Shown: positions 38,941 to 51,405 of the stretch, one piece after another
Numbering within the stretch: the stretch's first letter is position 1
Layout: each line of letters opens with the position of its first letter
Notes under the pieces: generated by a model
What the model was told of the DNA's origin: nothing
Seen by the model: the letters and a program-made list of their open reading frames with translations, nothing else
The model's database searches: none
NCBI GenBank assembly: GCA_965287045.1
Contig: OZ336876.1
Coordinates: 3,348,001-3,412,000, forward strand
Reading direction: 5' to 3'
Length of the DNA: 64,000 nt
From: Carcharhinus amblyrhynchos
Lineage: Eukaryota
Position numbers and translations under genes: made by a program

Positions 38941-39359
38941 GGAGACTTATTTTTATTCTAGATGCGGAATGATTGGAAAGTAAAGCACAGTTGAAAGACA
39001 AAATGAACCATAGTCATCCTGAATAGGGCAGAAGACTCGATAGGCAAAATGATCAGCTCCTCCTCTTAGTTCTACTAAGAATTGGTGGGCCATATGCATA
39101 AGGTAAATGTGTAGACAATTCTATTCTTTACAATTCACAATTAGCTACATTTAAGCATAATTGGCAGGATTTGTCGTTCCCCTACCCTTTTTCATTTCGT
39201 GGGCTATGAAAATTGCAGGCCAAGCCTGGATTTATTAGCAATCTGTAGATTTCTCGACCAGTGATATTATGGCTATGACAACCTTTTCACCAATCTTTAT
39301 GCCATTTTACTTCTGTTTCATTTTGGCATTGTTCTTGCAATAAAAAAAAACGAATAAAA

Positions 39360-40045
39360 GAACACATAAGAACATAAGAAATAGGAGCAGGAGTAGGCCA
39401 TCTAGCCCTTCGAGCCTGCCCCGCCATTCAATAAGAGCATGGCTGATCTGAAGTAGTCCCGCTCTCTCCCCATAACCCTTAATTCCCTTGTCTGTCAAAA
39501 ACTTATCTACCCATGACTTAAATATATTTAGCGAGGTAGCCTCCACCACTTCAACGGGCAGAGAATTCCAGAGATTCACCACCCTTTGAGTGAAGAAGTT
39601 CCTCCTCAACTCCGGTCTAAACTGCCCGCCCCCCTCTATCTTGAGGCTGTGCCCTATAGTCCTGCTATCCTTTCTAAGCGGGAAGAATCTCTCTACCTCT
39701 ACCCTATCCACCCCTTTCATTATCTTATACATCTCTATAAGATCCCCCTTCATCCTTCTAAACTCCAACGAGTACAGTCCCAGTCGATTTAGTCTCTCTT
39801 CATAGTCCAACACCCTCATCTCCGGTATCAGCCTAGTGAACCTCCTCCACACTCCCTCCAAGGCCAGAATATCCTTGCTCAAGTGTGGCGACCAAAACTG
39901 CACACAGTACTCCAGCTGCGGCCTCACCAGTGCCCTGCAAGTTGCAGCAAGACCTCCCTGTTTTTATATTCTATCGCCCTTGCTATAAAGGCCAGCATAC
40001 CAGTCGCCTTCTTGATCACCTGCTGCACCTGCAGACTGGGTTCTT
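39360..40045 (-). mobile_element. Young CR1 LINE 3' end, same subfamily as 27693-28680
   Basis: ORF 39307-39927 RPQLEYCVQFWSP...RRNFFTQRVVNLWNSLP; near-identical 3' tail. Confidence 0.96.
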
Positions 40046-40249
40046 GCGACAAAACATTTCAAAAAGATTCCAGGTTGCAATGTTGGCGTCTTAGAATTTA
40101 ATAAGACGTGTTGCGACAGCAGTTGTAAACCCGAGACCTCTTCTATGCAGTAGGACAAGTGCAGGAGCTACGTAAAATCACAGGCCTCATCAAAATTCCC
40201 TCGAATTGACAGACAACCCTGGCTAGAAAAATATCTCGTTTTCTTCACA

Positions 40250-40560
40250 TTCCTATAGAATCACTATAGTGACGTAATTTGGTCCATCAAAGCTGCACTG
40301 GATCTCCAACAGAGAACTCCATCCAAGCCCTATTCCCAAAACGTCAAGTATTACGTTGCTAATCCCCTAATGCACACATCCTGTGACACTAATTATGGCC
40401 AAACAACCTGCACATCTGTGGACAGTGGGAGGCAACCAAAGTACCCCGAAGAAGCCTATGCAGACGCGGGAGGACGTGCACATTCCACACAGACCCAAGG
40501 CATGAATTAAATATGGGTCGCTGGTCCTGGGAGGCAGACGTGCTAACAACTGCCGGCCGC
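40250..40560 (-). mobile_element. HE1-type SINE
   Basis: ggacagtgggaggcaaccaaagtacccg..cattccacacagac..gggtcgctgg. Confidence 0.75.
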
Positions 40561-41296
40561 TTGGCTCTGCTTCTGGAACTTCTTGCTAATACCGATATGG
40601 ATATGGCTCTAGTAAATGGACTGAAGAGTTGGAAGTGGGCAGTCTACCATTGCCTTCCCAAGGTCAGTTATGAATGTGATTGATTTTAAAAAAAACTCCT
40701 CTCCCTTGTAGCATCTGCGTCCCATGAAGGGACAACTATAATCCTAAAAAAGTTGAAAAAAAAACACTCCTTCCAAATGTTAAATAAGATCTTGTTGCAA
40801 AATCATCACAAGTGCATCTGAAACTTCCACCCATCATGATCGCCCTGGAAGCAAGTGGGAATGAAATCTCTATTGTAATGAACATGATATAAGTTATTCT
40901 CTGCTGCCGCTTTAATTTTTTTTTGTCCCGAACCGACATTTGCTGTTTCTCAACGAGGTTGCAAGAAAAAAATTGAAAAGATTCATCAGTTTGATTTTGG
41001 GACTTAAAACTGCCACTGAATCTGATAGATGAAAATTGGCCATTTTATGTTATATAGTAAAGGTCCTAATTAATGTCCCAGAAGCAAGATGAACGTTCAC
41101 TGCAGGGCGACGTTTAAAATTATTGACACTGAGGCATGAAGTCTTTTTTTCAACACATGCATACCTTTTCTAAAGTGTGTATACACCAATTCGACCATTG
41201 TTATGCTAATGTTAGGTTTTAATGTTTAAGCTGGAAATACACCGGAATTTAATATGATATTTATTATTATGTTTTTTTTCCGTAAATAAAACGTAC

Positions 41297-41328
41297 CTGA
41301 TTACATCTTGCCTTGCCTCCATGGATAT
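41297..41328 (-). CDS. FCRL cytoplasmic exon 4 (DIHGGKARCNQ)
   Basis: cttaattttcag|AT ... CAG|gtacgt; 32 bp, phase 1-0. Confidence 0.8.
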
Positions 41329-41729
41329 CTGAAAATTAAGCGACAGTTTTTAATTGGACTTTAACGACTCGACAGTGTTTCATCAGTCATGTGCAATGAC
41401 GATTTTAGTGTAATCACTAAATTTGCACCCATGGATTTTAATCCCTCTTTGACCCAAAGTAGACTAAAATAAATTGAAATTGACGACAAACGAACGTTCA
41501 GCGACTTCTATACTTTTCAGTGATGCCAAATGTGCCCAATCGCATGCGTTATAGACACAAACCAATATTTCGAATGCCCAAGGTGGAAGGCATTTGCATG
41601 AACTCCCGTAACCCTGGAAAACAATTTCAAATCTCTATTTAACCAACATTATGCACTCAAAGAGACCTGGTAGCGTTGTCGCAGGCACTGAACTTGGGTG
41701 GCTGTCTGAAGTTTTCACTTGGGCGGCAA

Positions 41730-42060
41730 GCTGACACATTGGGTGAGCATTGCTGCAGCACATCGCCAGAGACGCAGGTTCGATCGGATGCCTGTCTGTG
41801 TGGAGTTTTCAAGTTCCCTTCAGTATGCGTGAGTTCCCTCCGTGTGTTCCCGGACCTTCCCGCAGTACAAAGATGTGCCGAATAGGTCCATGGACCAGGC
41901 GAAATTGCTCCGGAGTGTCTAAAAGTGTGAAGGATGGGTGGAATGGCCATGATCCATGAGCGCGGTTGTGGGGTTAGGGCGGCAATGCGCTCCTAGATAC
42001 AGGGTTGGCGCAAGCTCGATGGAGCAAAAGCGTTCTTCTGCACTGTAGGAATCTTATGCG
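41730..42060 (+). mobile_element. HE1-type SINE
   Basis: gcattgctgc..gcaggttcgatc..tgtctgtgtggagttt..ctgcactgtagga. Confidence 0.75.
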
Positions 42061-42069
42061 TCTACTAAT

Positions 42070-43260
42070 CTACCCATCTAAGGTAGTTAAGCAGCATCAG
42101 CATGGTTTTGGAAACGAAATTCATTATTCAGCTAATTTACCTGTGCACTTTAAAGAAGTAACTGGTGTTGCGGATAAAATCATACCAGGAGTTCAAAAAA
42201 AAACTATTGCAATGTCAATGTTTTGGCGTCAAATATAATCGCACGGTTTGAGGGTAATATAAGGAAGAGTCGAAACATTATCAGTCAAGAGAAAACAGAG
42301 GAGAGGCAAATGTTTTGTTTGAAAGGGTGTGATGAGTGGTGTGTAAATGGCGGCGGCTGGGTGTGGGGGGGGGGGGCAGTGGGGCGGAGGGTCTGCCCTT
42401 TGCATTCATCTTAAATGAATTCAACTAGGGGACTTCGCTTTCTATTTGCGAAATTTCTAGTTGTACAAATAAAGATAGGAAAATAAATTTCGAGGAGGAT
42501 ATAAGGATTCTAGATGAGAATGTGTATAGGTTAAGTGGACAACGAATGGCAAATGGAACATAAAATGCTAAAATGTGAAATTACACATTTTGGCAGGGTA
42601 ATTAAAAACGCAAAGTTTCATCTGAAGGCTGAGATATTTCACAGCTCTGCCTTTTAGAGTGATTTGGGTGACTCGGAACATGAATCGTAATATGTCAGCA
42701 TGCAGGCGCCGCCAATAATGATCAAATCTAAGATAATTCTATTGTCTATTGAGAGGGGAATTGAATACACACTGTTCTCTAATACACTGAATTTCTGCGA
42801 TCACATCTATCATGATTAGTCATCACATCTAAGGAAACATGTGAATATATTGGACACAGATTAGAGGAAATTTAGCAGTGTGAAACTTGGAACATAGTTT
42901 GCCTTATGAGGAAAAAATGAAGTCTAAACTTAGATTGACTGGACTTACGAATAGTAAGAGACAAATTGTAACGTGTAAGGTCCTTAGGTGGCTTAACAAC
43001 ATGTATTTGATAAGGATGTGCCCCCTTACGGCAGAATCTAGAACGTAAAATCTGTTCAACCCGTTCCCTTAAGACAGCCTGCCGACTCCGTATATTAGCC
43101 TAGTAAACCTTCTGTGAACTTCTTCCAAACCATTTGCATCCTTGATTAAATAAGGTGACCTATCACGTAGCCGATATTCCAAATACGGTCTCAACAGTGA
43201 TCAGTGCAACTGAAGAAGAATCTCTCCACATTGTTGATGCAATTGTACAAAAAATAACAT
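42070..43260. mobile_element. Old CR1 fragments (+ to about 43070, - at 43080-43260)
   Basis: QQHGF, WQME..CEITHFGR and YEEK remnants. Confidence 0.65.
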
Positions 43261-43334
43261 TTAACAAAAATTAATAAGCAGTAACTGGAGTTGTCATCTA
43301 ATTAACAAAGAATCCAAAAAGTAACAGAGCTTAC

Positions 43335-43400
43335 CAAGGTCTTGTGCTGTTGCTATTGAGACAAGTGAATAAACCAGATTGGCATCGCTTTTCGTAGCAT
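43335..43400 (-). CDS. FCRL cytoplasmic exon 3 with ITIM LVYSLV
   Basis: ttttcccatttaatttag|AT ... G|gtaagc; 66 bp, phase 1-1; DATKSDANLVYSLVSIATAQDL. Confidence 0.88.
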
Positions 43401-43476
43401 CTAAATTAAATGGGAAAACTGTTAAACTAGCAATAAGAGAGCAGAATTGCTCAGAAATAATGCAACACTGATGTTG

Positions 43477-43478
<2 letters not shown>

Positions 43479-43506
<28 letters not shown>
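43479..43506 (+). repeat. (GT)14 microsatellite
   Basis: Direct reading. Confidence 0.95.
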
Positions 43507-43509
<3 letters not shown>

Positions 43510-43599
43510 ATTTAAGTGTGAATGAAAAAAGAGAGGATGTGACAGAGAAACAGAAAGATGGACACATAGAAAAATATATAAATAGGTGCATAAGCGACA

Positions 43600-43830
43600 G
43601 ACAAATGGACGGACGGATGGGTCAACGATTGTTGGACGGACGAATGCAGAGAGGGAGGGATATGGGTGGGAGGAAGACAGGGAGGGAGGAAGAGAGGGAG
43701 GGATGCGAGGGAGGGAGGCAGAGAGCAATGCAGGGAGGAAGGGGGAGAGGGACGAACGGGTAGATGGATGGACGTGTGGAAAGAAGGTGAACAGACCAAT
43801 GGATGGGTGAGGATGGAAGGGTGGAGCATG
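43600..43830 (+). repeat. GGAG/GGAT purine-rich low-complexity tract
   Basis: Direct reading. Confidence 0.85.
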
Positions 43831-43959
43831 TTCAAAATAAGGAATGTCAAATATAAAGGAGTTTTATGCTGTCCACTGGCGTGTTTCAACATAGAACTCC
43901 GGGAAACGAATACTGTACATTTCTGTTTTCAACCGTTCCACTTCAAGTGAAACCCAAAT

Positions 43960-44780
43960 TCCTTGGTTCCATGGCGACACCTCCATCACAATTATCCTCA
44001 GCACCGTTGAACCACAAGGCTGTGTCCTCATTCCCTTACGATCTTCCTTACACATATCTTCATGTGGCCAAACTCCGCCCCAAATCCATTTTAACATTCG
44101 ATGGTGACAGCAGTGCAGTGGATCCCAACTGAGACATTGATGAGATGAGGTGGTGTACGGGAAACCGATACAGAGTATCTGATTAAATGTTGCGACAACA
44201 ATAATCCTTCCCTCAATGCCAGTCAAACAAATGAGATGCTAATCGATTTCAGGAAGCGTAGTGGAGTACATGCTCCTGTTGGCATCAACGTGGATGGCAT
44301 GGAAATTGACGAGAGTTTCAAGTGTCCAGCTCTCCAGATCATCAATAACTTGTCCTAGTCCTCCACGCTGACGCTATAATTTAGAAACCCCAGCAAGGTC
44401 TTTACATTCTCAGGAGGCGAAGGAAATTCAGCATGTCTGATATGATTCTCATTTTTTTTTTACAGATGCAACACAATAAACATCACTATTGGATGCATCA
44501 CACATTGGTATGGCTCCTACTGTGGCCAAGACCGAAAAAAAATTACAAAGTGAACGTAACTCAGTGGAACACACAAATCGACCTCCCATCTATTGACTTT
44601 GACTACACTCCGCGCTGCCTGAAAAAGCAACTGAGATAATTGAAGACCCCACGCACGCCAGATATTTTCTCTTCCACCTTCTTTGATCAAGGAAAGGATA
44701 GAAAATTCTGCGATCACGAATCAAAAATCAAGGACAGCGTCTTGACTGTTGCAATCACGCCTTTGCATGGACCTATCAAC
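43960..44780 (+). mobile_element. Rex1/Babar-clade LINE RT 3' fragment, degraded
   Basis: STVEPQGCVLIPL, NNNPSLNASQTNEMLIDFRK, QQGLYILRRRRKF remnants, versus Rex1-type TGAPQGCVLSPL..NNLSLNVSKTKELIIDFRK. Confidence 0.75.
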
Positions 44781-45239
44781 GCCTACTTCAGCCAAGGTTG
44801 TACCTCATATAGAAAAAAAACTACTAGGAGCAATTGTGGCAGAAATATTCCTATACCAGGCTAAATTACCCATAAGCAGCCACGGGAAAAGAACAGTTGA
44901 GGAACATGTTTGTGTTGCTGAAACTAAAGAGGTTCGGTTGAATTTCTACCATAGTTCATTTTTCATCTCCTGATATCTACTGGTAAAAGATTCAGGTTGG
45001 ATCACATATCAGATAACAAAGCTTCAATTGGCAGAGGACTTCAAGATATGCAGTTGCCTGAAAAGCCATGATGTCTACTGAAAAGCCATGATGTCTGCGA
45101 TGCAAACTGCACACATTAAAACATAAACAACCTCAACTTCAGTCGAGGTACCGTCAGTGTAACTGAAAAGAACAACAGATTTAACTTGTAAAATGATCTG
45201 AGAGGTGAATTTCCCACTATCAACTTTCCACAGAAAGCA

Positions 45240-45750
45240 AATGTAGAACTATGGGATCCCTAGAGTGCATACTATGGGACCCAGTCGAGGTAGCTAAATG
45301 TGTACAACATTGGCTTGATGATGGAAGACAACGGGTGGTTATAATGGGTTGTTTTTGAAATTGGAGACCTGTAACCAGCAGTGTGCCTGAGGCATCGGTT
45401 CTGGGTGGACTGTTAATTGTCATTATACGAAAGATTTGAATGAGAATATAGGAGGCATGATTAGTATGTTTGCAGATGGCATTGTGGACAGGGAAGAAGA
45501 TTATCTCGGATTGCCAGATTTCGGGACAAATGGCAGATGAAGTTTAATTTAGATAAATGTGAGATGATGCATTTTGGTAAATTGAACCAGAACAGGAGTG
45601 CTCTGTTAACAGTAGGGCGTTGGAGAAAGTTGCAGAACAAAGAGATGCAGGGGTACAGGTTCATAGCTCATTGAAAGTGATGTCACAGCTGGACAGAGTG
45701 GTGAAAAGGCATTCAGCATGCTTGGTTTCACTGGTCACAACATTGAATAC
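45240..45750 (+). mobile_element. CR1 RT fragment
   Basis: QRVVIMG..WRPVTSSVP, WQMKFNLDKCEMMHFG. Confidence 0.85.
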
Positions 45751-45751
45751 A

Positions 45752-46512
45752 AAGAAATAAGAACAAAGAACATTACAGCACAGGAACAGACCATTCGGGC
45801 TTCCAAGCCTGCGCCGACCATGCGGCCCGAATTAACTAAAACCCTCTACCCTTCTGAGGACCATATCCCTCTATTCCCATCCTATTTATATACTTGTTAA
45901 GACGCCCCTTAAAAGTCACTACCGTATTCGCTTTCATTATCTCCCCTGACAGGATGTTCCAGGCACCCACTAGTCTCTGTGTAAAACACAATCTGCCTCG
46001 TACATCTCCTTTAAACCTTGTGCGCCTTAAACCAATGCCCGCCTCCCACCACCCCCCCCCCCCCCCACCCCGTTCCGTGTATATCAACGAGGACCATCAG
46101 AGGATACAGGATGATACAGATCAGTTGGAGACTTGGGAAGAGAGACGGCATCCTGGTAAATCTTTTCTGTACTCTCTCCAAAGGCTCCACATCCTTCTGG
46201 TAGTGTGGCGACCAGAATTGAATACTATATTCCAACTGCGGCCTAACTAAGGTTCTGTAAAGCTGCAACATGACTTGCCATCTTTTTTTAAACACAATAC
46301 CCCGGCCGATGAAGGCAAGCATGCCATATGCCTTCTTCGCTACCTTGTCCATCTGCATTCCAACTTTCAGTGATCTATGTACCTGTACACCCAGATCCCT
46401 TTGCCTATCAATACTCTTAAATGTTCTGTCATTTACTGTACATTTCCTATCTGTATTAGACCTTCCAAAATGCATTACGTCACATTTGTCCGGATTAAAT
46501 TCCATCTGCCTT
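45752..46512 (-). mobile_element. CR1 3' part with internal deletion and inverted segment
   Basis: QMEFNPDKCDVMHFG..RPQLEYSIQFWSP..RFTRM (46145-46512), inverted piece 46075-46143, tail 45752-46045. Confidence 0.92.
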
Positions 46513-47257
46513 CTAGGGTGAGCTTGGGTTGGGATGCTGGTTAGGGGGATCAGTGTGATCAATTCACGGGGATACTTGGATAGTGTCTGGGTGGGATACT
46601 CTTTTGGAAATTGGTGCAGCATGGATGGGCCAAAAGACCTGCTTTTGTGCTGTAGAGTTTTATGACTTAAAATGCATAAACTGACTTCCTGCTTAAAATT
46701 TTAAGGCCCAGCAATGTATATTTTATTAGAAATGGGGTTATGCTGACCAGCGGAATTAACTTCTTCTCCCTTAGGTTAACCATCCAGATACTAGGTATTT
46801 CCTTCTTCGAAGACCAACAATCGTTTCCCGGAATGTTTAGTTATGATATTGATGAGAAGTCAGAGCCAAAGATTCATTAAGTACTCAAGGTGTGGTTTAA
46901 TGTTTTCGACTGTCAGGTTCCGATAATAGCTGTTTGATGATCTTCTACAAGCCACTGCCTTTAACATCCCTGCCCAAACTGGAAGATAAACCTTCAGCAA
47001 AACAACAAAATGAAAAAAAGAATAGTGTTCCAACAAAAGGTGATGTTTCTTCTGGACGAGTCAATTCTCAAGGTGGGATCCAGCTTGATAGTCCCTGCTG
47101 TGTAATGTTTAGAAACATAGATCAAGGCTATAAACTGATCATATAAATTCCTAATGCATCTCTAACAACACAATGAAACAATATTACACGGCGAATTGTT
47201 TCACACTGCTCCTTCACCTGAAATATTAACTTACAGAAATACACAGATTCGTTTGAC

Positions 47258-47530
47258 AATGGTGGAATTTGAATTCAATAAAAACAATCTGGAATTAAGA
47301 ATTTACCAACGACCGTTAAACCATTGCTGATTGTCAGAAAAAAAAACCCACGTGGTTCGACAATTTCCTTTAGGGAAGGAAATCTGCCGTCCTTACCTGA
47401 TATGGCCTACATGTGACTCCGGGGCCACAACAGTGCGGTTGACTCTGAACTACATTCGGGTAACTGAGGATTGGTAATAAGTGCTTGCCAGCCAGTGACG
47501 CGCGTACTCAACGAATGAATACCAAAAAAA
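47258..47530 (+). mobile_element. Deu-domain SINE (5' truncated)
   Basis: atggtggaatttgaattcaata..tttagggaaggaaatctgccgtccttacc..gccagccagtgacgc..gaatgaat. Confidence 0.85.
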
Positions 47531-48569
47531 CACGCCACTCTTTGAAACAAACTGACAAACACCACCCCGAGCCAATTAAACGGATTTCTCATTAATGAAG
47601 CTCTGCCTTTCACAAGATGGATTCCAAACTCTGCTCTGGAATAACACGGCTTGGAATGTTTCCCAAATTGTATCTTACTCCTGGTGTCTTCACAAAGAAA
47701 CCACCAGACGGGTCTCAAGCTTTCCTTTCAATGTTCCTCTCTCTGGAGGACTACGTGCATTTAAACATCCACTACCCACACTGCCTCAGATAGTCAGCTG
47801 TACAAACACGATCACACTTCTTCAGCGTCCTGGAGTAATGCGTCACCAATCTTTGAGTCTCCTTGAATCCTGGCTTCTCGCAAATTTATGTCATTTCAGG
47901 CCTGCCGCTTGCAGCCGTATCATTTTAATTAGTGTCTATGATCCTTGTCCGTAATTTAACCTTAAAAGGAATAGTTTTCCAGACTGTTATTTCCGATGAA
48001 AAAGGATTTTCTTCGTTCTCAATTCTATCTCTAGCCCAAGTGTTTCGACTTCGAGGTTCTTCAGTTGGCGGCCCGCTATCATCTGACTCCATCATGGCCT
48101 ATTCTAGCAGATTATGCGAAAGGCTCCTTAATTCTAGTTCAAATTCTTCCAACTGAAATAAAACTGTATTTTATTCCCTTATGGTCTTACCGTTGCTAAC
48201 ACAGAACTATAGAAATATAAATTAACCTTAAACTTAAAATGTACCATAAACCCAAAACACATGAATGCAAACGTAACTCATTTAACTATTTTTATTTCCT
48301 GCTAATTTAAACGTAATAAAACTTTCAAAACGGCACGATTTTATTTTGCCATGCCAAACGTGAAGGCAAATTGCAAGAAGGAACATGCACAGAACAGAGC
48401 CAAATAGAATCATAGATTTTGATGATACAGGCTTCAACAAATACATTTCCTCTCTAGGTCAACCTAAATAATGCTTGATATCTGGACCGCAATGACATGG
48501 AACAACTGTTTAGATCTTTCTCATACCAGCAAATAAAGAAATCAGGTATCTGAGGAATATTTTCCCCAC

Positions 48570-48875
48570 AGGGGCGGCACAGTGCTTAACACTGTTGCCT
48601 CACAGCACCAGGGACCTTGTCGATTCGCGGCTTGGGTCACTATCTGTGAACAATTTGCACATTCTCCCCGTGTGCGTGTGGGTTTCAACTGAGTGCTCCG
48701 GTTTCCTCTAACTGTCTAATGATGTGCGGGTTTGGTGGATTGGCCACGTTAAATTCCCCGAATGTCAGTGGGACTAGCTAGGGTTATGGAGATAAGGCCT
48801 GGGTGAGGTTGTGGTTGGTGCAGATTCGATGGACCGAATGCGCTCCTTCCGCACTGTATGATTCTATGATTCCAT
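48570..48875 (+). mobile_element. HE1-type tRNA SINE, near full length
   Basis: ggggcggcacagtg..gcctcacagcaccagggacc..tttgcacattctcccc..gattctatgattc. Confidence 0.88.
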
Positions 48876-49003
48876 GATTGGGCAAGGGGGAGGCAGTATG
48901 GTCCTGGGTTACAGCGCAAGATCAGGGGACATTTTATCAAATCCCACAACATGCAATATAAATCTGAATTAAAAATCGAACTATGACAAAGCATGTGACT
49001 TAC

Positions 49004-49089
49004 CATTATTTTCAGTGGCTTGAAATTGTCCGAAATTGATTGCAGATGCCTCCTCATTCAAGGGTTGAGATCGATTTGCACTTGCCTCA
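49004..49089 (-). CDS. FCRL cytoplasmic exon 2 (EASANRSQ...ATENN)
   Basis: ttttattgtacag|T ... G|gtaagt; 86 bp, phase 2-1, open frame. Confidence 0.8.
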
Positions 49090-49829
49090 CTGTACAATAA
49101 AACATGTGTTCAATTATTAATGAATAATAAAGAACAAAGAACAACACAGCACAGGAAACAGACCCTTTGGCCCAACAAGCCCGCACCGCCATTCTAACAT
49201 TGTGAGTGCCCACTTCTACCTAAGACCTTTGTCTACGCCTATTGGACTTCACAATAAAGGAATTATAACCAGATTGAGGGTCGCCTACTTTAGGGACAAT
49301 TTGTTAACACCAATCGGCCTAAGAGCCCGTTTTTGGGGTGTGGGAAGAAACCGGAGCAGTCGGAGCATAATGTCTCAACAACTGAAATCTCACGATGGGT
49401 GATGGACATACAAATTTGCAAAAGTAATCAGGCATATATTAGAAATGCTCTTTTTTTATTATTTTGGAACGTATTACTACAGTGCAAATGCATATAAACC
49501 ACCAAGTTCAACAATATCATGTACTCGGATGAACAACTTTAAAAATAATTATTTCACAAACTTCTGTCAAATATGAATCTAAAGCATGAAAGCAAAATAT
49601 TGTGGATGCTGAAAGCCTGAAGTCAAAACAGAAACTATTAGAAAAAAATCAGGAACTGTTGAGATGAATTGAATAAGTCTTTCCTATCTGTAGAACGTTA
49701 ATATAGATCCGAATCTTTCACTTCATTCTTCTACAATGATACTGTCAGACATGTCTGTCCAGCATTTTCTGTTAAAGAGTTTATATGCTGAAAACGGCCC
49801 CAGTGAGAAATATTTGTGTTCATATAATT

Positions 49830-51405
49830 TGGCAAGGGTACTAAAAGAAATGGCAGAAGTAATAGCAGGTGCATTAGTTGTAATTTATCAAAATTCACTG
49901 GACTCTGCGGAGGTGTCAGCTGATTGGAAAACAGTTAATGTGACGCCACTGTTTAAAAAGAGGAGGCAGACAAAAGGTGGGTAACTACAGGCCGGTGAGC
50001 TTAACGTCCGTAGTTGGGAAAATGCTGGAATCCATCATTAAAGAAGGACTAGCAGGACACCTAGGAAAGAATGATTCAATCAAGCAGACGCTGCATGGAT
50101 TCGTAAGAGAAAGTCATGTTTGACAAAGTTACTGGATTTTTTATGAACATATAGTGAGTACGGTTGACAGAGGGGAACCAGTGGATGTGGTGTTTTTAGA
50201 TTTCCAGAAGGTGTTCCATAAGGTGCCTCACAAAAGGTTGCTGCAAAAGATTAAGTTACACGGAGTTGGGGGTAAAGTGTTAGCGTGGACTGAGGATTGG
50301 CTATCTAACAGGAAGCAGAGTTGGAATAAATGGGTGTTTTTCCCATTGGCAGTTGGTGACTAGTGGTGTGCTGCAGGGATCGTTGCTGGGGCCTCACATG
50401 TTTACCATATACATGGACGATCTGGAAGAGGGGACCGAGTGTGGGGTAACAAAGTTTGCTGATGACGCAACGATGAATAGGATAGCAAATTGCATGGAGG
50501 AATGGTAGAAAGTCTGCAGAGATATTTGAAAAGAGTAAGTGAGTGGGCGAGGAGCTGGCAGATGGAGTATAACATTGACAAGCGTGAGGTTATCCACTTT
50601 GGAAGGAATATTATTTAAATGGTGAAAAATTACAACATGCTACCGTGCAGAGGGACCTGGGGTCCTCGTGCATGAATCACAAAAACTCAGTTTGCAGGTG
50701 CAGCAGATGTTCAAGAAGGCAAATGGAATGTTGGTCTTTATCGCGAGAGGGATGGAACCTAAAAGCAGGGAGGTCTTGCTACAATTGTACAAGGTACTGT
50801 CAGGCCGCAACTAGAGTACTGTGTGCAATTTTGGTCCCTTTATTTGCGAAAGGGTATTTTGGCCTTGGATGGAGTGCAGAGAAGGTTCACCAGGTTCATA
50901 CCGAAGATGAGGGGGTTAGCTGATGAGGAGAGATTGAGTAGATTGGGCCTGTACTCGTTGGAGTTTAGAAGGCTGGGGGGGTGCGGGGGGGGGGGGGGTG
51001 CGGTGCGATCTTGTAGAGAAATATAAGATAATGAAGGGGCTAGACAGGGTAGAGGCAGAGAGATTCTTTCCACTTAGAAAAGAAACAAGAAATGGAGGGC
51101 AGAGCCTCAAAACAAGGGGGAGTCAATTTAGAACAGAGTTGAGGAGGAGCTTCTTCTCTCAGAGGGTAGTGAATCTTTGGAATTCTCTGCCCATTGAAGC
51201 AGTGGAGGCTACCTCGTTCAATGTGTTTAAGTCACAGGTAGATAGATTTCTGATCAATAAGGAAATTAAGGGCTATGGGGAGCAGGCGGATAAGTGGAGC
51301 TGAACTACTGCCAGATCAGCTATGATCTTATTAAATGGCGGGGCAGACTCGAGGGGCTAGATGGCCTACTCCTGCTCCTATTTCATACGTTCTTATGTTC
51401 TTATT
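49830..51405 (+). mobile_element. CR1 LINE, about 1.6 kb 3' part with most of the RT
   Basis: DWKTVNVTPLFKK, VDVVFLDFQK..KVPHKRLL, KFADD, RRSFFSQRVVNLWNSLP, with frameshifts. Confidence 0.96.

Noticed and set aside
43479-43950. Gly/Arg/Glu- and Pro/Ser-rich overlapping ORFs
   Set aside because: Translation of the low-complexity purine tract; only 43335-43400 nearby is a real exon
48570-48640. tRNA gene-like A/B boxes (also at about 58890 and 19760)
   Set aside because: They are SINE heads followed by SINE body and tail; no cloverleaf
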